From the NCBI GenBank assembly GCA_937901145.1, contig CALCHE010000228.1, forward strand, positions 11,709-75,708: 64,000 nt of DNA, given 5' to 3'. The notes beneath the pieces are model-generated. The model had not been told where the DNA came from. It saw nothing but the letters and a program-made list of their open reading frames with translations, and searched no databases. Of the stretch, positions 33,992 to 42,354 are shown one piece after another. A program made the position numbers and the translations under genes. The DNA is from an uncultured Clostridia bacterium (GTDB lineage Bacteria; Bacillota; Clostridia; Oscillospirales; Acutalibacteraceae). Each line of letters starts with the position of its first letter. The stretch's first letter is position 1.

Positions 33992-35104
33992 ATGCCAAAA
34001 GTAATTCTCGACTGGAAAACCACACACGACTTTATCAAGGATGCCTTCATCGGTGTAGGTGTGCCTGCTGATGACGCAGAAATTGTTACCGATGTTCTTC
34101 TTGAATCCGACAGAAGAGGCATCGAATCTCACGGCTGTAACCGTTTTAAGCCTGTTTACATTGACCGTATCAATGCAGGTATTCAGCAGCCCGTAACTAA
34201 TTTCGAAATTCTCAAGGAAACTCCCACCACAGCAGTAGTTGACGGTCACCACGGTATGGGTCAGGTTATCGGCTACAAGGCTATGAGTATGGCTATCGAA
34301 AAAGCTAAGAAATACGGTATGGGTATGGTTGCAGTACGTAACTCATGTCACTACGGTATCGCCGGTTATTACACCACTATGGCTACAAAAGCAGGCTGCA
34401 TCGGTATGACAGGTACAAACGCTCGTCCTTCTGTTGCTCCCACACTCGGTGTAGAAGGTATGTTCGGTACTAACCCCTTTACTCTCGGTGTTCCTACTGA
34501 TGAAGATTTCGACTTTAACTTCGACTGTGCCACATCTATCACACAGAACGGTAAGGTAGAATATTATGAGAGAATCGGTGAAGAAATCCATCCCGGTACT
34601 GTTATCGACCTCGACGGTAATCCTGTAGAAGGAGATGCAGGTGTTGCTCTCAAGAAAATCCGTCAGGGTACAGCTGCTCTTACCACTCTCGGTGGTATCG
34701 GTGAAGCTCTCGGCGGTTACAAGGGATACGGCTTTGCTCTCTTCGTAGAATTCCTTTCATCCATTCTTCAGGACGGTGCTTACGGTAAGGATCTCGACGG
34801 TAAGGATGCAGAAGGCAATATCCGTCCCTATCAGCTCGGTCATTTCTTTATTGCTATCGATACAGAACACTTTATGGGTGAAGAAATCGCACGTAAGAAG
34901 GCAGGCGACATCATCCGTTCAATGAGAGCATCCAAGAAGGCTCCCGGTGAGGATAGAATCTACACTGCAGGTGAAAAGGAATATGACATCTGGATGCAGA
35001 GAAAAGACAGCGGTGTGCCCATCAATGAATCTGTTCAGGCTGAAATGAACAAGGTTCGCGACGACCTCGGTCTTACACAGTACACTTTCCCCTGGGAGAA
35101 ATAA
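33992..35104 (+). CDS. Ldh_2-family (malate/L-lactate/ureidoglycolate-type) NAD(P)H-dependent dehydrogenase
   Basis: 370 aa. SDRRGIESHGCNRF and GGYKGYGFAL signatures of the Ldh_2 family. Confidence 0.85.
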   Translation: MPKVILDWKTTHDFIKDAFIGVGVPADDAEIVTDVLLESDRRGIESHGCNRFKPVYIDRINAGIQQPVTNFEILKETPTTAVVDGHHGMGQVIGYKAMSMAIEKAKKYGMGMVAVRNSCHYGIAGYYTTMATKAGCIGMTGTNARPSVAPTLGVEGMFGTNPFTLGVPTDEDFDFNFDCATSITQNGKVEYYERIGEEIHPGTVIDLDGNPVEGDAGVALKKIRQGTAALTTLGGIGEALGGYKGYGFALFVEFLSSILQDGAYGKDLDGKDAEGNIRPYQLGHFFIAIDTEHFMGEEIARKKAGDIIRSMRASKKAPGEDRIYTAGEKEYDIWMQRKDSGVPINESVQAEMNKVRDDLGLTQYTFPWEK

Positions 35105-35120
35105 TTTATTTAATAAGAAT

Positions 35121-35155
35121 GTGCCGACGGAGTTTAATCTGTCGGCACTCTTTTA
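35121..35155 (+). terminator. Intrinsic terminator
   Basis: GTGCCGAC-N14-GTCGGCAC followed by TCTTTTAT. Confidence 0.75.
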
Positions 35156-35164
35156 TATGAAAAC

Positions 35165-35189
35165 AGAGCCTACTTTTGCAGTAGGCTCT
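35165..35189 (-). terminator. Intrinsic terminator of the M20 peptidase gene
   Basis: AGAGCCTAC-N7-GTAGGCTCT, with GTTTTC after it on the reverse strand. Confidence 0.7.
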
Positions 35190-35198
35190 TTACTATTT

Positions 35199-36674
35199 TT
35201 AGTTTTCTGCGCTTGCTCTTCTGATGTAATTTTTGAAGAAAATGAGAGCGTTTTCCATACAGGATATGGGTAATCTTTCGTTGGTACCGTGAGTACAGCG
35301 AAGAAGAGGAACATCTACCTTAAATGGAGCATAGCGATAAATATTATCACAGATGGGTTCGTAGTTATAAGCATCAGTGCCGCCCATAACCAGATAAGGT
35401 GCCACGATACCGCCGGGTTCGATGGCTTTATTAATCTCTGAAATGATTTTGTATGCTCTGGAATCAGTGGGAGAGAACTTTGATGCTTCTTTTGAGTTGA
35501 GAACATTGATTTCGATATCCTTGTATCGTACACACTTTCTGATGTGGTCCACGAGGTCCTGTTTGGTTGTGCCGGGCATAGCACGGAAGTTGACGGTAGC
35601 AGATGCTCTCTGTGGAAGAACGTTTGCGGCAGGACTGCCCTGAGCCATAGTAACGGCTGTGGTCGTTCTTACTAGGCAGGCGCCGAAGGGGATTGCCTTA
35701 AAAGCTTCGAGGATAACAGGCATAAGCAAGGGCATATTACAGGTGATGAGTCGAACGGGATATGTGCATTCTCTGCCAATAGAATCAATGAGCATTTTCA
35801 TATTTTCGTTGAAATAAGCCTTGAACTGATTCTTTTCCAGGTCAGAAATTGCGGTAGCGAGCTTGCCTAAAGCACTGTGAACGGGAGGCTGTGATGAGTG
35901 GCCGCCCTTTGCATTGACCACGATTTCGATGTCTGAATATCCTTTTTCAGCCACACCTACGCCTACGAGATACTTATCGTTAAGTACACCCGGTACATTG
36001 ATGGGAATAATGGCTCCGCCTTCATCGATAACGCTGTCGAGACGGATGCCTCTTTCTTTAAGTGTCGTCATAAGGTCATGTGCACCGTTTTTGTCGTTGG
36101 CTACCACTTCTTCGTTATCACCGAAGAGAAGATAAACATCTCTTTCAGGTTTGAAGCCATCCTTAAGAAGAGCTTCGACAGACTCCATAACAGCGATAAG
36201 GTGATTTTTCATATCTATGCTGCCACGACCCCATACGAATTCACCGTCGTCATATCCACTGAAAGCATCGTGCTCCCAGTCCTGTTCAGTACCCTCTGAA
36301 ACGGGAACTACGTCCTGATGTGCCAGAAGTGCGATAGGCTCGAGGTCATCTCTTGTTCCCTTCCAGCGGTAGAGAAGATTAGCGGGAGGAACTATTTCTT
36401 TTTCGAGATTTTCTTTGATGAGGGGGTAAGCTTCGTCCAGAAAAGCGTGAAATTTTTCGAATTCTGCCCAGTCTACTTTGTCTGAATCTCTGTATGAAAC
36501 GGTTTTATACTGCACAGCCTTTGAAAGATGTGCACGGTATGAGTCCACATCTACCGATTCCTGAGGAATGGGAGGAACTTCAGTTTTCTTTGGACGGTAA
36601 ACTGCGGCATGTACTGCATTGCCTACGGCTGCAGCACCGAGAGCACCAAGAACGATTTTAGTTGATTTCTTCAT
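35199..36674 (-). CDS. M20/M25/M40-family metallopeptidase with N-terminal membrane anchor
   Basis: 491 aa. N-terminal TM, LLAHQDVVP and GRGSIDMK motifs typical of M20 enzymes. Confidence 0.88.
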   Translation of the reverse strand: MKKSTKIVLGALGAAAVGNAVHAAVYRPKKTEVPPIPQESVDVDSYRAHLSKAVQYKTVSYRDSDKVDWAEFEKFHAFLDEAYPLIKENLEKEIVPPANLLYRWKGTRDDLEPIALLAHQDVVPVSEGTEQDWEHDAFSGYDDGEFVWGRGSIDMKNHLIAVMESVEALLKDGFKPERDVYLLFGDNEEVVANDKNGAHDLMTTLKERGIRLDSVIDEGGAIIPINVPGVLNDKYLVGVGVAEKGYSDIEIVVNAKGGHSSQPPVHSALGKLATAISDLEKNQFKAYFNENMKMLIDSIGRECTYPVRLITCNMPLLMPVILEAFKAIPFGACLVRTTTAVTMAQGSPAANVLPQRASATVNFRAMPGTTKQDLVDHIRKCVRYKDIEINVLNSKEASKFSPTDSRAYKIISEINKAIEPGGIVAPYLVMGGTDAYNYEPICDNIYRYAPFKVDVPLLRCTHGTNERLPISCMENALIFFKNYIRRASAEN

Positions 36675-36820
36675 AAAATCTGCCTCTTTTCCTTAAATTA
36701 AATTTTACTGTTAGATTATATACCAAAATTAACTTTATTTCAATAATAATCCGGATTTATTATTTACAACAGCGAAAAATAGTGTATAATCTTTATGAAA
36801 ACAGAAAATGAGGTGTACAT

Positions 36821-37564
36821 ATGTTTGATGTAAAAAAAGTTACAGACGGCGCAATAAAATGGATAAGAGATTGGTTTGAGGAAAACGGTAAGGGCTGTAA
36901 TGCTGTTATCGGTATTTCGGGAGGAAAGGATTCTACCGTTGTAGCCGCTTTGTGTGTAGAGGCTTTAGGCAAGGACAGAGTATACGGTGTTCTTATGCCT
37001 AACGGTGAGCAGAAGGATATTGACGATGCTCTTCAGCTCGTTAATTTCCTCGGTATCAGATACTATGTTTGTAATATTAAGGATGCATACGACGGTGTAA
37101 TCAAGGGTATGAATGACTGCGGTCTGGAAATAGGTGAGCAGACGAAGATTAATCTTGCGCCGCGTGTCAGAATGACTACAGTTTACGCTTTTTCTCAGTC
37201 TCTAAACGGCAGAGTGGCAAATACCTGTAATTTGTCTGAGGACTGGGTGGGATACTCCACGCGTTACGGTGACAGTGCAGGTGATTTCAGCCCTCTGGCT
37301 CACCTTACAGTTCAGGAGGTAAAGGAAGTGGGAAGATGTCTCGGCCTTCCTGAAAACCTTATCGAAAAGGTGCCCTCTGACGGTCTTTGCGGTTATACGG
37401 ATGAGGATAAGCTCGGCTTCACCTATGCAGTTCTCGATAAATACATCAGAACGGGTGTATGTGAAGACGAAAAGACCAAAGAAAGAATAGACTACCTTAA
37501 CCGTATCAATGCTTTTAAATTAAAGACTATTCCAGGCTATGTCCCTGACGAAAAATATATCTAA
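36821..37564 (+). CDS. nadE: NH3-dependent NAD+ synthetase
   Basis: 247 aa. PP-loop GISGGKDS. Confidence 0.93.
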   Translation: MFDVKKVTDGAIKWIRDWFEENGKGCNAVIGISGGKDSTVVAALCVEALGKDRVYGVLMPNGEQKDIDDALQLVNFLGIRYYVCNIKDAYDGVIKGMNDCGLEIGEQTKINLAPRVRMTTVYAFSQSLNGRVANTCNLSEDWVGYSTRYGDSAGDFSPLAHLTVQEVKEVGRCLGLPENLIEKVPSDGLCGYTDEDKLGFTYAVLDKYIRTGVCEDEKTKERIDYLNRINAFKLKTIPGYVPDEKYI

Positions 37565-37574
37565 TGAGGTAAAA

Positions 37575-38054
37575 ATGGAGATACGGAAAACAACACGTGA
37601 TGACCTTGACAGGGTTATGGAAATATATGCTCTTGCACGTGATTTTATGGCGAAAACAGGTAATCCGAACCAGTGGAAAACCCATAAACCTCAGAGAGAG
37701 CTTATTGAAAAGGATATAGAAATCAGTCAGAGCTATGTCTGTACCGAGGACGGAAAAGTAGTAGGCGTCCTTGCTTTTATTCCGGGTGAAGACCCTACCT
37801 ATAAGGTTATATATGACGGAAAATGGCAGAATAACGAGCCTTATGCAGTCGTGCACCGAATAGCTTCCTCAGGTGAAGTGAAGGGTACAGGTACCTTTAT
37901 GATGAAGTGGGCTGAAAATCAGTTCCCGCATATCAGAATTGATACACACAGAGATAACAGGGTTATGCAGAATATGCTCTCTAAGCTCGGATACACTTAT
38001 TGTGGAATTATACATCTCGAAGACGGCGATGAGAGACTTGCTTTTGAAAAATAA
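37575..38054 (+). CDS. GNAT-family N-acetyltransferase
   Basis: Start moved to MEIRKTTRDDLDRVMEIY after GAGG. About 159 aa of typical GNAT size and pattern. Confidence 0.8.
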   Translation: MEIRKTTRDDLDRVMEIYALARDFMAKTGNPNQWKTHKPQRELIEKDIEISQSYVCTEDGKVVGVLAFIPGEDPTYKVIYDGKWQNNEPYAVVHRIASSGEVKGTGTFMMKWAENQFPHIRIDTHRDNRVMQNMLSKLGYTYCGIIHLEDGDERLAFEK

Positions 38055-38100
38055 ACATAAACAGCACCTAAGGATTTGAATCCAAAGGTGCTGTTTGTTA

Positions 38101-38985
38101 TTAATATCTGAATTTACCTTCTGCTACTTTCTTAAGATGCTGTCCGTAGAGAGATTTACCGTATTTTTCAGCGGCCTTCTTAAGCTGATCTTCGCTTATC
38201 CAGCCTTTTATGAATGCGATTTCCTCGGGTGCTGAAATCATAACGGACTGTCTCGTTTCTGTGATTCTTACGAACTCAGCTGCTTCGTGAAGGCTTTCTA
38301 CCGTACCTGTATCGAGCCAAGCAAAGCCTCTGCCTAAAAGCTTGACAGCAAGGGATTTTTCCATTAGATAGCGCACATTGAGGTCTGTGATTTCGTATTC
38401 GCCTCTGTCTGATTTTTTTATTGATTTGGCATATTCACTAACGCGGTTATCGTAGAAATAAAGACCCGTAACACAGTAGTTCGATTTGGGATTTTTCGGC
38501 TTTTCTTCGATGGAGATGACGTTCTTATTTTCGTCGAATTCCACCACACCGAAGCGCTCAGGGTCATCTACGTAATAGCCGAAAACGGTGGCGATACCTT
38601 TTTCAGCATTTTCTTTGGCTTCGGTTAAAATCTTCGTAAAGCCGTTTCCGTAAAAGATGTTATCACCGAGCACCATAGCACAGCAGTCGTCACCGATAAA
38701 ATCTTCGCCGATGATGAATGCCTGAGCCAATCCGTCAGGTGAGGGCTGTTCTGCATAGGAAAGGTTAACACCGAAATCACTTCCGTCGCCTAACAGTCTT
38801 TCGAAATTCGGCAGGTCCGTAGGAGTGGAAATAATTAAAATGTCCTTTATTCCTGCCAGCATAAGAACTGAAAGGGGATAGTAAATCATCGGCTTGTCAT
38901 ATACAGGGAGAAGCTGTTTGGACATAACCATAGTAAGAGGATAAAGTCTTGTGCCTGAGCCACCGGCTAAAATAATACCTTTCAT
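38101..38985 (-). CDS. rfbA: Glucose-1-phosphate thymidylyltransferase
   Basis: 294 aa. [29 protein letters not shown]. Confidence 0.96.
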   Translation of the reverse strand: MKGIILAGGSGTRLYPLTMVMSKQLLPVYDKPMIYYPLSVLMLAGIKDILIISTPTDLPNFERLLGDGSDFGVNLSYAEQPSPDGLAQAFIIGEDFIGDDCCAMVLGDNIFYGNGFTKILTEAKENAEKGIATVFGYYVDDPERFGVVEFDENKNVISIEEKPKNPKSNYCVTGLYFYDNRVSEYAKSIKKSDRGEYEITDLNVRYLMEKSLAVKLLGRGFAWLDTGTVESLHEAAEFVRITETRQSVMISAPEEIAFIKGWISEDQLKKAAEKYGKSLYGQHLKKVAEGKFRY

Positions 38986-38999
38986 ATTTTAGTCCTTTC

Positions 39000-40562
39000 T
39001 TATCTGTTATTGTATTCGGAATATTCCAGTACATTTCTGCACAGGTAAATCAGCATAAGTGAAATTATGCCATTGAGTATTGCTATAAAAGTGTATATGA
39101 TTTCGGGATTGAAGGGGAATGCCATACCTGTTATGACTCCCACAGTTACAGCTGGCAGAGAGAAGATTACTGTAAGAAGGAAATAAACCATAACTGAAAA
39201 AAATCTTTTCTCCGAGTCGCCTGCAAATCTTTGTAATATAAGATTAACACCTATGAACATTATACCAAAGGAAAATCTTGCCAGAACCATAGCTGCTCCT
39301 TCGATTACGCTGCATGAGCCGAGAAGGATAAGCGGAATAAAGCAAATTAAGCTTTCGGCTGCCATAAGAGGAATGTCCGACTTTAAAAGATAAATAAGCT
39401 TTCTGAAATTACTTTCGGGTATAAGATAGATGTAGGGATAGGTGAATTCCTTAGCCCATCTGCCTATGCATACTGTCATAGACATAGTATATACGTTTAT
39501 TACGAAAAGTGCAATATTTTCTTCCGAAAACATCAGACAGTAAACGAAAGAAAATCCTGCCATAAGAAAGGACAAGGGACTCAGAAGCAGAGGATTACTT
39601 CTTTTATTCTCTTTTCTGTGTTTATACGTTATGACAGATGCACCGTAGCCTTTTGTGATGCCTGCTTTTCCGATTTTTACGTTTCTGGGAGCGTTTTCAG
39701 CAGCTTTGCCTTCTTTTCGGGCAGTTATGGCTGAATGACTTATCTGTGTTGCTTTAAGTACATCCTCGTAAAAATCTCCTTTTATTCCGGAGAGCACCAG
39801 GTAGAAGGTAAGGCATAAAAAAGTAAAAATGGCTATGCCTGTAATTAATGAATGAACATTACCTTCTATAGCTCCCTGAACCGTGAAGGAAACAAATCCG
39901 CTGACAGGGAAAAGGTACATTATTTTCTCTCTGGAGGCGTAAACAAGGCTTTCAAGGGATATTCCGGAAATATATGTTCTGCAAAGAAGTATGGCGATGA
40001 ACATAGCGAATACCCCGTAAAAAATGCTCTTGCCTCTTAACACCTTTCTGTCATCTGAACAGGTCAGTGTGTATATAACTGTAGCAAACATCTGTCCTAT
40101 AAAAACCACTGCCCCATAGCCGACAAGTACGGAGAAAAGCGACGAAACAGGTAAGCCGTAAATATTTTTTACCACAGAAGACTGATAAAGGATGAAAAGT
40201 CCCAGAGTAAGGGATTTTCCCAGCTGCTGAAAAAGACCGAAAGTAAGCACGCTTTTTTCTTTCAGAGGTGCCGTAAACATCAGGTTAACATCAGCCATGG
40301 AAAACATTGATGCACCGTTTATGAATCCGTTTTTTGCCGTCATAAAGAATACGTAAGTATAAAGGGCGAACACTATTGCATAAAACTCTGTTTTATCTCT
40401 TAAAAAGCTTTCTGGAGGAGTTGATGTTGCACTCGTATAAAAGCTGAAAACTAATATAAAGAGAAAGAATAACAGAAAAATAATTTTTGAGGGCTTTCTG
40501 ATAAATTCTTTTATGATGTTTTTCGCTCTTCTTGTGACAAGATAAACATAAGGTATCATCAT
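39000..40562 (-). CDS. Multi-pass membrane component of a putative ABC exporter
   Basis: 520 aa, about 12-14 TM. Overlaps the upstream ATPase gene stop by 4 nt. Confidence 0.8.
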   Translation of the reverse strand: MMIPYVYLVTRRAKNIIKEFIRKPSKIIFLLFFLFILVFSFYTSATSTPPESFLRDKTEFYAIVFALYTYVFFMTAKNGFINGASMFSMADVNLMFTAPLKEKSVLTFGLFQQLGKSLTLGLFILYQSSVVKNIYGLPVSSLFSVLVGYGAVVFIGQMFATVIYTLTCSDDRKVLRGKSIFYGVFAMFIAILLCRTYISGISLESLVYASREKIMYLFPVSGFVSFTVQGAIEGNVHSLITGIAIFTFLCLTFYLVLSGIKGDFYEDVLKATQISHSAITARKEGKAAENAPRNVKIGKAGITKGYGASVITYKHRKENKRSNPLLLSPLSFLMAGFSFVYCLMFSEENIALFVINVYTMSMTVCIGRWAKEFTYPYIYLIPESNFRKLIYLLKSDIPLMAAESLICFIPLILLGSCSVIEGAAMVLARFSFGIMFIGVNLILQRFAGDSEKRFFSVMVYFLLTVIFSLPAVTVGVITGMAFPFNPEIIYTFIAILNGIISLMLIYLCRNVLEYSEYNNR

Positions 40563-41248
40563 TTGTCACCTTCCGTAACTGCGAAGAAAATTTCGCTGAG
40601 AGAAGCGCCTTCCTGTCCTTTGAGAATCTTTTCCTTAAGCTGTCCGTCTACCATTATATAAGCAGTATCCCAATAATCCTCTATGCTGTCAATCATGTGA
40701 GTGCTTATAAGAACCGAAGCACCCTCATTTTTAAGCTTCAGAATGATTTCTTTCAGATTTTTAATGGCGTGGGGGTCAAGACCGACCATAGGCTCATCAA
40801 AAACAACCACTTTTGGTCTGTGGATAAGAGCACAGCAGATGGACAGTTTTTGCTGCATACCCTTTGAGAGTTCTTTGCAGAGCTTATCTTTTTTATCCTT
40901 CAGCTCGAAAAGCTCCATGAGCTCATCAGCGTAGCCGTCATCGTCCTTTTTGTATGCTCTCAGTATGAACTCTAAGTGTTCACCGACAGTAAGCATATCG
41001 TAAACAGCGGGCATTTCGGGTATATATCCGATCTGAGATTTTGCATAAATACTTTTGTTGCTTTTACCGTCAACAGATATTTCGCCTTCAAAGCGAAGAA
41101 GACCTACGATGCTTTTTATAAGAGTGGATTTTCCCGCGCCGTTAGGTCCTAAAAGAATGGCGATTTCTCCGTCGTTTACTGTTAGGGATATATTGTCGTT
41201 TGCTTTCAGTTTCCCGTATTTTTTAGTTGCATTTTTGATGTCAAGCAT
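40559..41248 (-). CDS. ABC transporter ATP-binding protein
   Basis: 229 aa. Walker A GPNGAGKST, signature LSKGMQQK, Walker B VVVFDEP. Confidence 0.95.
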   Translation of the reverse strand: MLDIKNATKKYGKLKANDNISLTVNDGEIAILLGPNGAGKSTLIKSIVGLLRFEGEISVDGKSNKSIYAKSQIGYIPEMPAVYDMLTVGEHLEFILRAYKKDDDGYADELMELFELKDKKDKLCKELSKGMQQKLSICCALIHRPKVVVFDEPMVGLDPHAIKNLKEIILKLKNEGASVLISTHMIDSIEDYWDTAYIMVDGQLKEKILKGQEGASLSEIFFAVTEGDK

Positions 41249-41451
41249 ATTTCTTCACCTTTAATTTGTTTTACATAAAAAAATTATATCACATTTTTTG
41301 GATAAAATATATAAATAAAATGTTTTTTAGAAAAAAATTAAAAATAACGTTTAATATTTATAGGGCGTTATGAATAAATTCCTACACGGTGTTGCATTTT
41401 TCTACTTTCTGTGATATAATGATTTGAAATTAACACATAGGAGATAAGAAT

Positions 41452-42021
41452 ATGTCTGAAATAAAAGAAAGTCGCAGGGTCAAAATGACCAAAATACTTC
41501 TTAAAGAAAGCCTTATCGATCTTATGAAGGAAAAGTCTATTCATTCTATCAGTATAAAAGATATCTGTGACGGTGCAGATATAAACAGAAGCACCTTTTA
41601 CCGTCATTATAATACTCAGTATGAGCTTTATGACGACATTGTTCAGGATATTATGAACGATATGCTGGATGTGTTTTATACTGTTAATAAGGAAGGGTAT
41701 AACACTACTGTTTTCCTGACAAAGCTTCTCGAATACATCGAAGGAAAAAGAGAATTATTCCTTATTGTTTTGAGCGATAAGGGTAATATCAGCGTAGGTG
41801 AGGCTTATATAAGAATGACAGGAAAATTTCTTGACGGAGAGACAGTGGGCGAAACAGCCAGCTATATTATTAATTTTATATCCGCAGGTATGACCAGTTT
41901 TTTGTGGACCTGGCTCAATAAGGAAACTCGTCGCCCTGCTGCTGAGGTTGCTATGCTTATGTCAAGCCTTATGAGACACGGACTAGGTAAAGGTATTGAC
42001 TTTCTGCCTGAGAAAAACTAA
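41452..42021 (+). CDS. TetR/AcrR-family transcriptional regulator
   Basis: 189 aa. N-terminal TetR HTH (ISIKDICDGADINRSTFYRHY). Divergent from the ABC exporter pair. Confidence 0.9.
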   Translation: MSEIKESRRVKMTKILLKESLIDLMKEKSIHSISIKDICDGADINRSTFYRHYNTQYELYDDIVQDIMNDMLDVFYTVNKEGYNTTVFLTKLLEYIEGKRELFLIVLSDKGNISVGEAYIRMTGKFLDGETVGETASYIINFISAGMTSFLWTWLNKETRRPAAEVAMLMSSLMRHGLGKGIDFLPEKN

Positions 42022-42094
42022 GGTATAAATTACTGTTTTTGCTTGACAAAATATAAGTATATATAGTAAAATTACAGTGTTATTAATATTTTAA

Positions 42095-42318
42095 CGACTA
42101 TGACGAAAGAAACCTCTTCGACTGTCATTTCAGAGATAGTGGCCTTCGGCTGTGAGCCACTTATGACGGGAAGTACGGTCGCTGCTTTCATCAGTTGCTC
42201 CCGAAAGGGTTGACGTCTGACCTGCGTTAAAGGTTACAGAGTGGTGCTTTATGCACAAATCGGGTGGTACCGTGGCTATGTTCACCCCGAGAAGTGTGTG
42301 GCACTATATTTTTTTGCT
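42095..42318 (+). promoter_or_regulatory. T-box leader (tRNA-Ala-responsive) of alaS
   Basis: Conserved T-box sequence AAATCGGGTGGTACCGTGG at 42258-42276. AGAGA/GA-motif stem I region. GCT codons in the specifier region (GGTCGCTGCTTTC). T-run at about 42310-42317. Promoter TTGACA at 42043. Confidence 0.85.
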
Positions 42319-42354
42319 AAAAATAAAATCATATACTGAAAGGAAATCAGACTT

